64,000 nucleotides of DNA from the NCBI RefSeq assembly GCF_004010195.1, contig NC_057732.1, positions 15,209,951 to 15,273,950 of the forward strand, written 5' to 3'. Position 1 is the first letter of the stretch; each line of letters begins with the position of its first letter. This document shows, piece by piece, positions 23,721 through 37,146 of the stretch. The notes under the pieces were generated by a model. That model had not been told where the DNA came from. It saw only the letters and a list, made by a program, of their open reading frames with translations, and made no database searches. Position numbers and translations under genes: made by a program. This stretch comes from Chiloscyllium plagiosum (taxonomy: Eukaryota).

Positions 23721-25381
23721 TCTTTTTTTTTGCCTAAGTGATCTCTTGTTTATATTTTTTCTGTTTATTTATTTATTTTCTTTTACCCCCACACTAACTG
23801 CGAGATACAGTGAAAGACAACAAGTGTACAAATCTTTATTCAATTTCCACCACCAAGAAGAAAGGAAACACCCGAGTGGCCAGTGACAAGCGGTGCAGTT
23901 CTCAGAGGGCGATGCTGCGTAATCAAATAGTGACGGGGAGGGCAGGGATCAAATCAAAATAGAGTTGGAGGGGGAAAAGATTTTTGTTTAGCTAAAAGAT
24001 TTTCAAAATAAACTTCGACCATGCTAATTGGCATTTTTTTTTCATTTGTGGTTGTAGCTAATTTTAATTGGTTGTTTTTTGAGCCCATTGTAGTTTTCCT
24101 ATTTGCGGTACCTTTGTGCATTCCCATTTGTATATTCCTTATGATTTGAAATTGTCACTATTTTTAAATATAAAATTTCAACCAGTTGTGCAAAAACATG
24201 ACACAATTTTTGTATGAAATCCAATTGCCAAAGTTAAGATTTTTATAATGATTCGTTTTTATATTTGGACTGTCATCATTCACAATCATCTGGATGCTTC
24301 CACAAAACTAATACTCTTAGTTCATAGATGGCATGAGTCTCTTTTAAATGGCCTGTTTTCGGGCAGAGGAATTTAAATAGCTGGTTTTCAATGCAAACGA
24401 GTTGAATTATTGGCCGATATTTTAGAGTTAGCAGTGAAGTGATAGCATTCATCATGGCGCTTGAGTAAAGCTGGCTTCAAAGATTTAAGGGTACCTGTAA
24501 TTCCACCTTTTCCTGAAATTAATTTGGATCTGGCACCAGTGGAAAGGGATCTACAAGTATCCAACAACAGTAACGCTGTCAGGCAGTGTAAACAGCCAAT
24601 TGTATTGAAGTATCTGCACTAAACACAAACCAAGAAATAAAATGTATTGACTACCCTTTTTTCAATAACATTTAAAAAGCAAAACAAAGGTTAGAGTGCA
24701 TGCACAGCAGCTGAAATGACTAGCTGTTAAAAATATAATTTTCTAATGTAATGTTACACATATTTCTTTAAGGCTTATTTCTGAAAGTGATAGGGTTGAT
24801 TCTTAGCACTGGATGATGGCAAATGGCTCCCAGAAAAAGCAAAATGAATTTCAGACTTTGGGATTTTGCCTTTACCATTGATAACAGTAAACATTTGGAA
24901 CAAACAGTAAACTCATTGCATCTCATAGTCAACATCAGGAGTTAAAGACAAAATTAGCTATATTACAATAATTGCTTTAAATTGTAGTGTCATGTCCAGT
25001 GGTTATAAAACGCACTACGTGTAATTTTTCTTTAGTATTCAAAATGTAAGTATTTTTCTTGTATTCAGGGCAACTATGCAATGAACTGCTGTACAAAGTT
25101 TACACTGTAGAAGTGTTTGAGGCTATTAATTGTCATATTGTGTGAATGCTTCCATTTTTCTCAATACAAACAGCCACTATTTTAAAACAATCCTGAAATC
25201 AGTTTGTCTTATCTTCACTAAACTATGTCAGTTGACTTTCTACTTTCGTCAAAGAATCAAGGAGACATTTATGATTACTCATTCTGTATAAAATAGAAAA
25301 GAAATGCTAAGTATTCTAATCTAGTCCATTATACAAATGCTAGTTTTGGTTTGATTTATTTATTGTCATGTGTATTTTGTT

Positions 25382-25592
25382 GAAAAATGTGTTGCTGGAA
25401 AAGCACAGCAGGTCAGGCAGCATCCAAGGAGCAGGAGAATCGACATTTCAGGCATAAGCCCTTCTTCAGGAATGAGGCTTATGCCCAAAACGTCGATTCT
25501 TCCTGCTCCTTGGATGCTGCCTGACCTGCTGTGCTTTTCCAGCAACACATCTTTCAGCTCTGATCTCCAGCATCTGCAGTCCTCACTTTCTC
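25382..25592. mobile_element. Fold-back Penelope-derived short element with 15-bp TSD
   Basis: Inverted arms of about 75 bp; catgtgtattttgtt is duplicated at 25367-25381 and 25593-25607. Confidence 0.88.
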
Positions 25593-27016
25593 CATGTGTA
25601 TTTTGTTACAAAGTAAAGTGAAAGATATTGTATAGTGTCACCACTCTCTGGTACGTCTTAAAACACAGGAAAATAAACTAAAACATAGAATTTAAAGGCT
25701 GAAAACTAAAGAAAAAAAGTCTTTGATTTTACAATTCTTCTTGTTAAGTGCTCCCTCATGGGCCTGGTGACCAGGCACAAGTCCCTTTTGTCAGACCACC
25801 GCCTCTGGAAAGTTGCCACTCTTTGATGCCATCTTGCCTCTTTACAAAGTTTTAAAATTGTTTTTCCCTTTGTTACCTCTGTTAAAAGCCAGTTTTTGTT
25901 TCTTGTGAATCTTATGTTGTGAACTAGGTTATTCTTTGAAAATAACACAATGATTAACATTAGCTTAACGTGAGCATTTAAGTAATGTGTATGAATCTTC
26001 AACCCATTATCTACACCAAAGGCCATTTCAGTCCAATGCAATGATCTTCAAAATTCTGATGGATGGAGTGGGCAAGATATAAAAAGCTGTAACTTCCTTT
26101 TCTAAATCACATGATATCACATTGATATAGTTTGCTCAGTACTTGATGCCAACTGTACTTCTGGAACCAGGGCTGTTAAGTTATTTATTTGTAACAAATG
26201 TATATTCTATTTTGTCTACAAAGAGAACAGTTGTGAGAATATCATCCTATGCTTTAGTTAAAAATGTGCAGGTTATAATCTGCCTGCTGGCTTCAGGCAA
26301 GCTCTTTACCCTTACAGATGAGCTTGGATTAGGCCATTTAGTTTGAAAGGGATACTTGAATTTGTCGCCTGTTTTGGTATATTTTATTTGTACACGTTAA
26401 ATCATAACTTTTCTGGGAGTTCTGGAGTCAAACCCAGGTGGTCAGTAGAGTACTGTTCATCCTTTATCTGCTGAAGGGTAATGATTGGTTATTTCTTAAA
26501 GAAAGAAAATCTTTCATCATAAGTTAGGTCTTTGGAATCATAGAAAAATGTACAAAAGCTGTGGGCTTTCCCCTAATGTTTAATTTTCTGCTTCAACCTA
26601 TTCCACTTGGACAGAGAGCCATCAATGGGCCATCATGTGTTCAGTATTTTAACAGAGACTCTGTTGGAGGATAATAAAGAATAACTTGTGAATACTAATG
26701 TTTTGATGCAGTTTAAGTATCTTGTAACTAAAGAATTGTATGGTAGCCAACTTGGCAAAATTTGATAATGGTTGTCCCATCGTGAACATCTCTGGTACAT
26801 GTGCGATGATCTGGGTGATTGCTAGCTTATGTTACACCATTCTATTCGTAGTGTGTATAAGAGTTTAATTCCTCAAAGCACTGCTAATGCACAGTGTTCA
26901 GAGAAAGCCCTAAAGGTAGCAATAGATTTAGAAATCAGAATTAAGACTTCTATTAATCTTCAGATATAAGAAAGGAAAACACAAATGGGAGATATTTCTG
27001 AATTGTTTTCAGAGAC

Positions 27017-27290
27017 CAGCGCCAGAGACCCGGGTTCAATTCCCGACTCAGAGGACTGACTGTGTGGAGTTTGCACATTCTCCGTGTCTGAATGGGTTTC
27101 CTCCGGGTGCTCCGGTTTCCTCCCACAGTCCAAAAATGTGCAGGTCAGGTGAATTGGCCATGCTAAATTGCCCGTAGTGTTAGGTTAAGGAGTAAATGTA
27201 GGGGAATGGGTAGGTTGAGCTTCGGAGGGTCGGGGTGGCCTTGTTGGGCCGAAGGGCCTGTTTCCACACTATCTAATCTAATCTAATCTA
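27017..27290 (+). mobile_element. HE1/V-SINE, 5'-truncated
   Basis: B-box GGTTCAATTCC, V-domain tgtgtggagtttgcac...gggtttcctccgggtgctccggtttcctcccacagtccaaa, HER1-derived tail and (ATCTA)n end. Confidence 0.9.
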
Positions 27291-27758
27291 ACCAGTATCT
27301 GGTGAAAAAAAGAATAAAAGCGAGCAGAAATTCAAGCATTTTACAAGTTACAGATCTCTTAAAAAAAAATTTGATCCTCCTCAAAAGGAGAGTAGGGAAT
27401 GGAAGTTAAGGTCACAGAGGAATGGTTCCCTGTTCTTGGTTTCCTCTGCTGAGCTGTTGTTCTGTTTCTTAAAATTTAATAAAACTGCACACAACCACCA
27501 GTAAAAAATAAATAAATATTTAGTAGTTGGGGGAGGGTGGTAGCTTTTAAAGAAAATACATACTTACACATATTTGTAAAAGCCAGGTGATCTGATGTCA
27601 CAAGATTAGATGCCATGTAGTCAGAACATTATCTGATCAAAGCGTCAGAGGTGCTTCCAAGCTGAGTTTATAGCCCTACTCTTGCAATCTGGTAAAGTGA
27701 GCTAATAGCCTTTGTCAATTTCCCAACATATCAAACAATAACTGTAGTGCATGGAGGG

Positions 27759-30700
27759 TGTGACAAAGTTACACCTTTTACAAGGTTATATTGTCCTTGG
27801 TATTTTTTTCAGAGTGTTTGTAAAAGACACCACCTCCAAAAAGTCTAAGTTGAAGGTTGACTTCCAAAATCAATTTCAATCCATGAGGGATAAAAATTGG
27901 GGAAAAGAGAAATCCTCACGTGGCAATGGAGACGTAAATCTTGGAGTAGATCATGAGGATAACTTATCACATGGTAAAAAGGAAATCCTTGAAGGAGAAA
28001 GAGAAGTTAAAAAGCTCTGGTGTTTTCACTGCAATAAAGTAGGCCACATGAAATCTTAGTGTTGGTGGGTTAAGAAAAGCACTGGGAAGCCAGATGCAGG
28101 AAAACAGGATAAGCCAGTGAATTTCTTTGGAGTGGTAATGGAAAGCACAGCGGAGACCAGAAAGCCACACCAGAATGTACAAGCTTGTCAGAGGTTGGTT
28201 AAGGAGTAAGTGCCCAATCTTCTTAAACCATATATTTGCGAAGCTAATGTTTACTTGCATAATCCAGGAGCAGCAGGTAAAGAGGTTACAATATTCAGAG
28301 ATATGATCCTCTCAATTTGTGATGCTGAAAGATGAGGAGATATGTACTTCTGAAGGACTATTGCCAGAAAGGTTGCTGGGGGATTTCACAGTGAGACAAG
28401 AAGTGCTGAGTTATGTAAGGTGAAGAGTGACCAGTGACGAGTGGAGAAGTCGTGTTAGGAGTACTGGACAAACTCTCAGCTCCAGGAATACAATGTGTCC
28501 TTGCTAATGAGATAGCTGGTTCACAAGTAGGAGTGCTGCCTATTCTGGTTGAAAAGCCAGTGGAAATTCAGGCAACTGAATTATTGCAGTATACATATCC
28601 TGGGACTTTTCCTGACTGTTTGATAACGAGGTCACAAAGACACCAGTTGAAATAGGAGAGATCAAAGGGTACAAATAAGAAGATTGAAGTGGAATGAGCA
28701 GAGACCCTGTTCAGGTAGTTGAGACAAGCAGGAGCAAAACACAAAAGACATTTTTACCTCAGATAAATTAACTGAGTTACAGCAGAAAGATGAAAATTTA
28801 AAGCAATTGTATTGAAAGGCATACACAGAAAAGGAATCCAAATATCTCTGAATGTTATTGTCTTAAAAATGATGTCTTAATGAGGAAATGGAGACCATCA
28901 CATCCTGGCAAATCAGAAATGAACAGAAGTTCATCAAATTGTGTTGTCAGTGGGTTATAGAAAGGAGTGAGAAAAACTTATACAAAAACATTTCTACTGG
29001 CCTGGACTGCACAAGGATGCCGTTGAATTTTGCCAGACATGTCGTACATGTCAGGTAATTGGAAAACCACAGACAGTAATAAAACCTGCCTTTAATAGCT
29101 ATTCCTGCATTTGAGGAATCTTTTACAGAAGTCTTAATTGATTGTGCAAGACCCCTACCTAAAACAAATAGTGCAATCAGTATTTGTCAACAATAATGGA
29201 TGTGTCCACTAGATTTCCAGAGGCTGCCCGTTACACAATGTCACAGCTAAAAGGATTGCAGTGGAGTTACTCAAATTTTACTGCATACGGACTACCCACA
29301 GCGATACAATCAGATCAAGGGTCAAACTTCACATTGAAATTATTCAAGGAACTTATGGACAGCTTAGGAATGAAACAATTCAAATCTACTGTGTACTATC
29401 CAGAGCCACAGGGAACATTAGAAAAGTGGCATCAGGCATTAAAGACCACGTTGAGAGCTTATAGTCAGGACTAGTCAGATGATTGGGATAAGGGAATTCC
29501 GTTTGTACTTTTTGTGATCAGAGACGCATCGAATGCATCAACCAAATTCAGTTGATGTGAATTAGTTTTTGGGCATGAAGTGAGAGGACACTAAAATTCA
29601 TTAAGGAAAAATTGGTAAGTCAGAATTCAGAGACCACATATTTGGAATATGTGTCAAATTTTAGGGAATGATTAAATAGAGCGAGGGAGTTGGCTACACA
29701 GCATTTAAAAGTATCACAGCATACAATGAAACAGGAGGCAGACAAGAAATCAAAAATTGACGATTTTACTATCGGAGATAAGGTGTTAGTGTTACTTCCA
29801 GTGATCAGTGAACCTTTAAAATCAAGGTTTCATGGACCTTATCAAGTTAAAAAAAGAAATTGAGTGAGGTGAACTATTTGATAAGGACTCCAGACAGAAA
29901 GAAATCTGAGTGTTTCATGAGAATATGCTCAAAAGGTATTTTGACAGAGAAGGAAAGCAAAAGGAGACTATGTTATTAGTTACAACACAGAAGGAAGAAC
30001 CAAGTTCAGAGGATTCTGAATGGGACATTCCGCAAATTAAATTGGACAATGAGGAAGTTGTCAAAAATTGGGTTAACTTATTGGGTTACCTTCCAGTGGA
30101 AAATCAAAATGACCTGAAAGAGTTATTGCTATCATATGGGGAGTTATGTGGAAATAAGCTGGGAAGTACTAACCTAAATACGCATGATGTAGATATAGGA
30201 GACGCTGTTCCAATTAAGCAACATCTTTATAACCCTCTAAAGTTGGCACAGGTTCAAAAGGAGATTGAACATATGCCCCAAGATGACATAAAGTGAGTTA
30301 CAGTGATGAGCTCACCCATAGAAATGGTGCCAAAATCAGATGGTACCCAATGGTTATGTGTGGACTATTGCAAAGTCAATGCAGTTACAAAGACTGATGT
30401 GAATCCAAAGCCATGTTTGGAAGACTAGTTTGAAAAGGTGGGACAAGCAACTTATATCTAAGTTGGACTTGCTCAGAGGCTACTCATAGGTACCTTTGTC
30501 AGAAAGAGTGAAGGCAATTTTGGCTTTTGTAATGCCTAATGGACTGTTTCAGTTTAAAGTGATGCCATTTGGGATGAAAAATGCACTAGCCACATTTTGA
30601 GAGACTAACCAATAAGGTCACTGCCACATTACCCAACTGTGTCGTATATATAGATGATTTGGTGTTGTTAGTCACATGTGGAAGGAATATTTGCAACATT

Positions 30701-32229
30701 TATCAGACTTGCTCAATCAACTTCGGAAGGCAGGCTTGGTGATAAACCTGGCTAAAGTTAATATGCCAAAGTCCAAGTCACCTTCCCGGGCCATGTTACT
30801 GGATATGGACATATGGCCCCATGAGATGCAAAAACAAAGAAAATTGGGGAGTTCCCATACCATCAACAAAACGAGCAGTACTACAATTTCTGGGATTCAG
30901 TGGATATTATCAAAAGTTTGTACCAAATGTGGCTGCTCCACCCACTGAATTGCTAAAGAAAGGCAAGAAGTTTCAGTGGACAGAAAACTGTCAGAAGGAA
31001 TTTGACAGCCTAAAAGCTGTGTTAACCATTGTCCCAGTATTAGGCACACCTAATTGGGCAGGCCCTTCAAGGTGGCTATCGATGCAAGTGATGTGTGTGT
31101 CAGTGTGGTGCTCTTGCAGGAAGATGACAAGAAGATAGAAAGAACTATTGGGTATTTCTCCAGGAAATTGACCGTTCATCAGCAGAAATATTCGACAGTT
31201 GAGAAGGAGACTTTGAGCTTGGTGTTGGCATCACATTTCAATGTTTATGTTACCTGTAATGGATCTAAGACGATCATATACACTGATCATAACCCATTGA
31301 AGTTTGCAGAGAAATTTAAGGACTAAAATGCCACACTGTTTAGATGGAGCTTGTTGTTGCAGCCATTCAATTTGACAATTATGCAGGTGGCAGGACAAGA
31401 AAACATGATTGCTGAGGCATTGTTGAGGATTGAATGAGAAACCAAGGCATTCTGCGACAGGAGTAAAGCAGACTGAAACAGAATGTAGTAGTGCATGTTT
31501 ACATATTTATAGTCAATGTAATGTGTATGTGTGTTGTAGAGTACTAACAGTTTATAATTAAGAAGTTTTAAAATGAAGCCATCTTTGGATATTGATGGTT
31601 CTTGTTTTTAAGGGGGGAAGCATGAAGAAGCCGCTCCTTTAACAAGGTTATGTTCTCTTTGGTATTTTTTTCAGAGAGGTAGTAAAAGACACAGCCTCCA
31701 AAAATTCGAAGTTGAAGGGTTTTAGGGTCAATTTGATTATAGCTAACAGATACTGCCTCAGGAAAAAAGGCTTTTAAGTTTAAAATAATACTCGTACAAT
31801 GAAAGGGGAGTGGACAGTTCTCCCAGCTCAGTGTTTCTCTGGTTTGGTTTGGGTTTTAACAGTAGTGTTGATAATGCTGCTGGACCCAAAGAAGGTCCAG
31901 GCTGATACTCTCTGTGTGAATTCCCACATGTAAGAACCTGTTGTGCCAGGAGGTGTTTATGGGGATTGTTAAAAGTGTTGGAACAGCATCATTAAGTTGG
32001 GATGATCTGTTGGATTTTTGAATAGTTTAAGTTATTCGATATTCTTTTCTCTTTTGTGTTTTATTTGGTAATCTCAAAAAATAAATTCTATTTGTTTAAA
32101 ACTAAGTGGGTTGGCCAGTCGCACCACTCCCTGAATATCCACGTTACACCTGCTTAAAACAACAAACAAAGTTAGGGTCTGGGCTACTTTCTTGAATTGT
32201 TTTGAAGTGGTCTGGCCTGGTCAATAACA
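27759..32229 (+). mobile_element. Decayed Gypsy LTR retrotransposon, Gmr1-like domain order (gag-PR-INT-RT-RNaseH)
   Basis: TG start at 27759 and CA end at 32229; TSD AGGG (27755-27758, 32230-32233); zinc knuckle CFHCNKVGH (about 28020); integrase TRFPEA, IQSDQGSNF, GPY (29190-29845); RT MPFG/YIDD (30560-30660); RNaseH DASD..YS.VEKE..YTDH (31054-31326); PPT 31609-31620; 3' LTR 31621-32229. Many stops and frameshifts. Confidence 0.92.
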
Positions 32230-34329
32230 AGGGGAAGAGGGTATTGACAATCAGGGATCTGCGGAATAGTAAATTCCATCCTTCTTCCGCCTCATCATCC
32301 CACTTCCAATTTAGTTGCAATCTGTCAAGCACTTGGATTGCAGGTTATCCACGTAGATTCCACAACAGGATTATCTCTTTTTGGAAAGGGGCTCTGGGAC
32401 AGCAATGGAGAACTAATGTACTGAAAATCAGCTGAAATTATATCTTATTGGAAAAAAGCTCCAAACTTAGATATAGTCCCCCGTCAGGCCAAAAGAAGAG
32501 TGGGATACTGTGACAAATGCTGGAATGTTGGCTCATCTTAGTTTCTACATGTGCAATGACAATTTGAATAAGAAAGGTACCTGCACCAATTCCTCATTTT
32601 GCACCATTGTCCAGTAGATGGAATTGTATGGGGAAATGCAAATTGTTCAAAATAAAAACTACTTAATTGAATAATGTGAGAAAATAATTGAGTGGAGCAG
32701 ATACCTTAAACACTAATATGTTAATTTGAAAATATTTATGAAGAGACATAGGTCCTCTATCTGTCATGAAGCAGACTGGAACCATCTTTCATGTCACTTA
32801 GCTCTTCTGCTGTTTATTGCACTGTTATTCTTGAGAATGAAAAGCATAATTACCACAGTACTGCATTGGAATGCTGAGATATCTCTTGGATAGATACAGC
32901 TCCAACAACACTCAAGTTTGACACCATCCAGGACCAAGCAGCCCATTTGATTGGCACTTCACTCACCACCTTCAATGTTCATTTCCTTCACCACTGATGC
33001 ACAGTGACAGCAGTGTGTAAAAAGATAGAGTCACGATTGTCTCATTAGAGAGAGATGACCGGTGGTTATTTAACCTTAGGGTCAGTGCCCCTCAGACGAA
33101 GGGAGTAGTTGAAGAGTCCTTCATGATAACCTGTACACTGTAGTAACTCACTGAGGCACTTTTAACCACATCTTCCAAAGCTGTGATCTTTACCACCGAG
33201 AAGAACAAGGGCAGTAGACATGGGAACACTACCACTTGCAAATCCCACCCAAGTCACACATGATCCTAATTTGAAACTATACCACGTTCCTTTGTTGCTG
33301 GATCAAAATCCTTAACAATAGATGTGCCCATACCTGAGGGACAGTAGTGTTTTAAGAAGACAGTGCATTTTCTCAAGGGCAATAAAGGACGCACATTAAA
33401 GCCTTTAATGTCCATATCCAGTGAAGAAATAAAAGAAAGACTTGTGCATCAAAGATACAAAATAACTTCAGATCCCCTTGCATCATTTACAAGAGTTAGC
33501 CCTTGCTTCTTTTTGAAAAATTGTCACTATCTTCAATTACAATGCAAATGTAAATGAACTAAAGCCCATTGACTTTATAGTAAGTGTTCAGATATGAAAA
33601 ATACAAACAACAATTGTTCACTGTAATTATGGCTGTTGTAATAAGTTTCCTTTGTTGTGAACGGTGTGCTACAAAGTTTATGGATTTTTAAAAGTTCTTT
33701 CAACATGAGATTATTCTACTGGATGATTGCAGGGAGGAAATTATTGACACATTTTTGTTCTTGTAAGTGTACTACGCTTTTTATAGCATAGGTCTTTATT
33801 GGCATCAAATCTTCAAGGACTACAATAACACTACTAACACTAGTAACCATAGAAACTGAATCTGTGCTATTTCTGAATCCCAAGTGCTACTCAATAGCTG
33901 CCACAATTATGATCTCAATGTGAGTTGAAAATCTGCATTATATTCTTTCCAGTCTGTGAGAATAAACTGGGAATATATTCTAATCTATTAGTGCTCCACG
34001 CATTCAGATTAATGTCCTCTGTGACATGTGGTTTCTAAAGAAATGAAAGGATCTAGAACAAAAATGCTCAGTTCTTGTCTGGCCTGGATTGTTTTGATTT
34101 GCCGGTTGGTTGATTTTCTGGGCAGTGCCTGGTGCACATGAAGAATTGTAGCTGGTGGCACATGTCAGCTGCCAAAGGCCAGAAGCAGTGGAGGGGAGGG
34201 CTGGGGAGACCAAAAACAGGGAAAAGTAAGGGAAGTTCAACAGCTAAATTACTCTGGATGGAGAGATTATTTCAGTGAGGGCTGGGATGATATGAAAGGG
34301 AAGACGTGACTACAGAATTGCAATCATAT

Positions 34330-35575
34330 ATTAGTGAACACGATTTCATCATGTCAAACTTCACCATCCTTTCAGGATGTAGTAGACATGGTAATTGAGG
34401 AAGATAACATGTATGTAATATGCATGGACCTTAAGCCATTATTTAAGGTGACAGCCTTAAGATGGAGAAAGTTAAACTAGATTAAAGATTGAAGAGAGAT
34501 ATAGACCAAGAGATAAAAACCGTTTTCAAATTAATTGGAAATGTAAGTAGTTGTGATCACAGAGTTCAGCTCTGATGTCTTTTATACTGTCCTGAGAATA
34601 ATAATTTGGATAAAAGCCTGCAGGGAGCAGGGTTAAAATTTGGAGATGATAGCAAATTAGGAAGTATGATATCTTCTTTAAAAGATCAAATGAATCTGCA
34701 GAGGTATTGATAAGATTAAAAAAAGAGGCAGATGGTATTCAATGTCAAACAAGTGCAAAGTGTTGTCAGCGAATGTAATGGTGATTCACTTTGGGTTTTT
34801 AAAGATATAACAGCACATGTTGTACACTGAATAGAAGTAGGTTCATGACATAGAGAATTATAACAATTTAGGGTTACAGTTCATGGTATTTCTTGGGAAG
34901 ATCTTAAGTCGACCAGGCTGTAAAAAAGTGGAATTTTATGTGTTATAGAGTGTAAAAGCAGAAAGACGTTAATGAGCCTCTGCTAAACCTCAATAAGAGC
35001 TTGTGTAGAATACTGTGGACAATAATGAACTTAGCACTAATGTTAGAATGTTGAGGTTTAGAGGCAGAGTAATACATTCATGATGGTGCTGCCTGAGATG
35101 GGAAAAATGTAAATATGAAGAAAACATTGCTAATTTGAGTTTATAGGGCAATATGATTGTACTTATTCAGTTGTTTGCTGGCTTACATGAAATGGTAAAC
35201 AAGTAATACATCCCAGTTGTTATAGGTCCAGAGTGATCAGTTCCACATCTCCAAGCTGCCTCTAAGACAGATATTTGACAAATCAATGACCAGGGCAAAG
35301 ATTGAAGGTGAGAGAGATTTAGAAGGGACGTGAAGAGAAGATTTTTCACTAAGTGGATCGTGGGAATTTGGAACTCACCGCTTGTAAAGATGGTAGAGGC
35401 AGAAACCCTTATAACATTTAAGAAGCATTTAGATGTACATTTACAACACCAAGGCAAAAACACTTTGGGCCTCATGCTGGAAAATGAGATTAGAATCGTT
35501 AGACAATTGTTTTAACCATTGCAGATTCGATGGGCCAAAGAGGCCATAGCTATAGACCTCTTTGACTCTCATTCT
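34330..35575 (+). mobile_element. Old CR1 LINE fragments
   Basis: Degenerate RT remnants (KFGDDSKLG at about 34635) and the 3' motif RRFFTKWIVGIWNS (35330-35515). Confidence 0.6.
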
Positions 35576-35641
35576 AGATTGAAAATAATATATTCTGGTA
35601 GTCTTCTTCCAGAGTTTACAGTACAGCATGGTCTAACTCCT

Positions 35642-35737
35642 GATTAGAGTGGTGCTGGAGAAGCACAGCAGGTCAGGCAACATCCGAGGAGCAGGAAAAT
35701 CAACGTTTCAGGCAAAAGCCCTTCATCAGGAATGAGG
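35642..35737 (-). mobile_element. Penelope pLTR fragment with hammerhead core
   Basis: Minus strand ATTC-CTGATGA-AGGGCTTTTGCCT-GAAACGTTG. Confidence 0.8.
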
Positions 35738-36710
35738 ACTCATTTTTTGACTCAGGCTATCCGCACCTGGAGAGTGGGAGTCAGGCCATATATGTCAACA
35801 TTCAAGATTAGACTGGATTGCTTAGAAAATAGGTTAGTTATAGGATTAACGCAATTGTGTCATTCGGAACAGTTAGCCCCATATTTCTTATGAGACTACT
35901 GGATTTCACCTTTGACAGTATCCTAATATATTTTATGTTGTGTCATAGAAAATTTATTGTAATACCACTTCCTTATGATAGTCATTAAGAATGTGTTTTG
36001 TGCTCGTTTAGGAGAAGTTTGAGACTTAATCAAGTTCATTTTCATGCAAGTCTATTATTAAGTTTTTAATTGTAATAATTTTCTAAGTCATTGTGAGTAT
36101 GAATAGCTGTTTTTAACTGTTCGTTTTCAGTGGCTCTCGGGAAAACAACGTAGGCTCTTACTTTGCAGTTGGCAGCATAGTGATGGTGCTTGTTGCTGAC
36201 CCTGAACTGAAGTACTGTATGAACTTACTGACTGCAGTCCTCACGTAGTAAATTTGTCTGCAACGTCGGGCGAGTGTCCTCCTAGTTCCAGCCTCAGTGA
36301 GCAGAAGTAGGGCTATGGGAGGCAGTGTAACCCAGGTGTCCGGTCAGTGCACTTCAAAACCTGCAGAAACCAGGCAATGTCAGAGTAAAGGCATTAAACC
36401 AAATAGTTGTACCAAATTTATCAGCTATCAGACTTTGTTTATTTTACTAAATTAAAATTGTTAGCATGTTTTAAGAAATGTGGTCATTTTGATCAGTCAT
36501 TTTTGTGCTTATTTTGAAGAAGTTACATTAATACTTTGAACTGGTCTGTAGCTCTCACTTTTCAACATGACGTATTTGAATTGAGTATAAATCACTTTTC
36601 TTTGGCCCATTTTGAGCCGATTTGGCAATTTCTTAACCAGGTCAACAATCTAACTTGGTTCAATTTATTTATCGTTATATGTCCTGATAACAAATAAAAA
36701 TTGTTCTCTG

Positions 36711-37146
36711 GATTAGAGTGGTGCTGGAAAAGCACAGCAGGTCAGGCAGCATCCAAGGAGCAGGCAAATCAATGTTTTGGGCAAAAGCCCTTCATCAGGA
36801 CTGAAGGTAGGGAGCCTCCAGGATGGAGAGATAAATGGGAAGGCGGTGGGGCTGAGGAGAAGATAGCAAAGAGTACAATAGGTGAATGGAGATGGGGATG
36901 AAGGTAATAGGTCAGAGAGGAGGATGGGGGAAGGCAGCAAAGAGTATAATGGGTGGATGGGGGTGGGGATGAAGGTGATAGGTCAGAGAGGAGGGTGGAG
37001 CTGATAGGTGCGAAAGAAGATTGGCAGGTCTGATGGGTCATGAGGATGGTGCTGAGCTGGAAGGTTGGAACTGGGGTAAGGTGGAGGGAGGGAAAATGAG
37101 GAGACTGGTGAAGTTCACATTGATGCCCTGGGGTTGAAGTGTTCCT
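36711..37146 (-). mobile_element. Penelope element 3' fragment (end of GIY-YIG region, purine-rich spacer, pLTR)
   Basis: Similar to 54841-55200; the minus strand encodes the TLQPQGINV.F C-terminal motif. Confidence 0.8.

Noticed and set aside
27017-27050. tRNA-like B-box (similar heads near 2580 and 49670)
   Set aside because: These are SINE heads, not tRNA genes; no cloverleaf.
34043-34141. Hydrophobic short ORF (MKGSRTKMLSSCLAWIVLICRLVDFLGSAWCT*) as a candidate mucin signal-peptide exon
   Set aside because: No good phase-1 donor, and it lies on the far side of an unsized gap.
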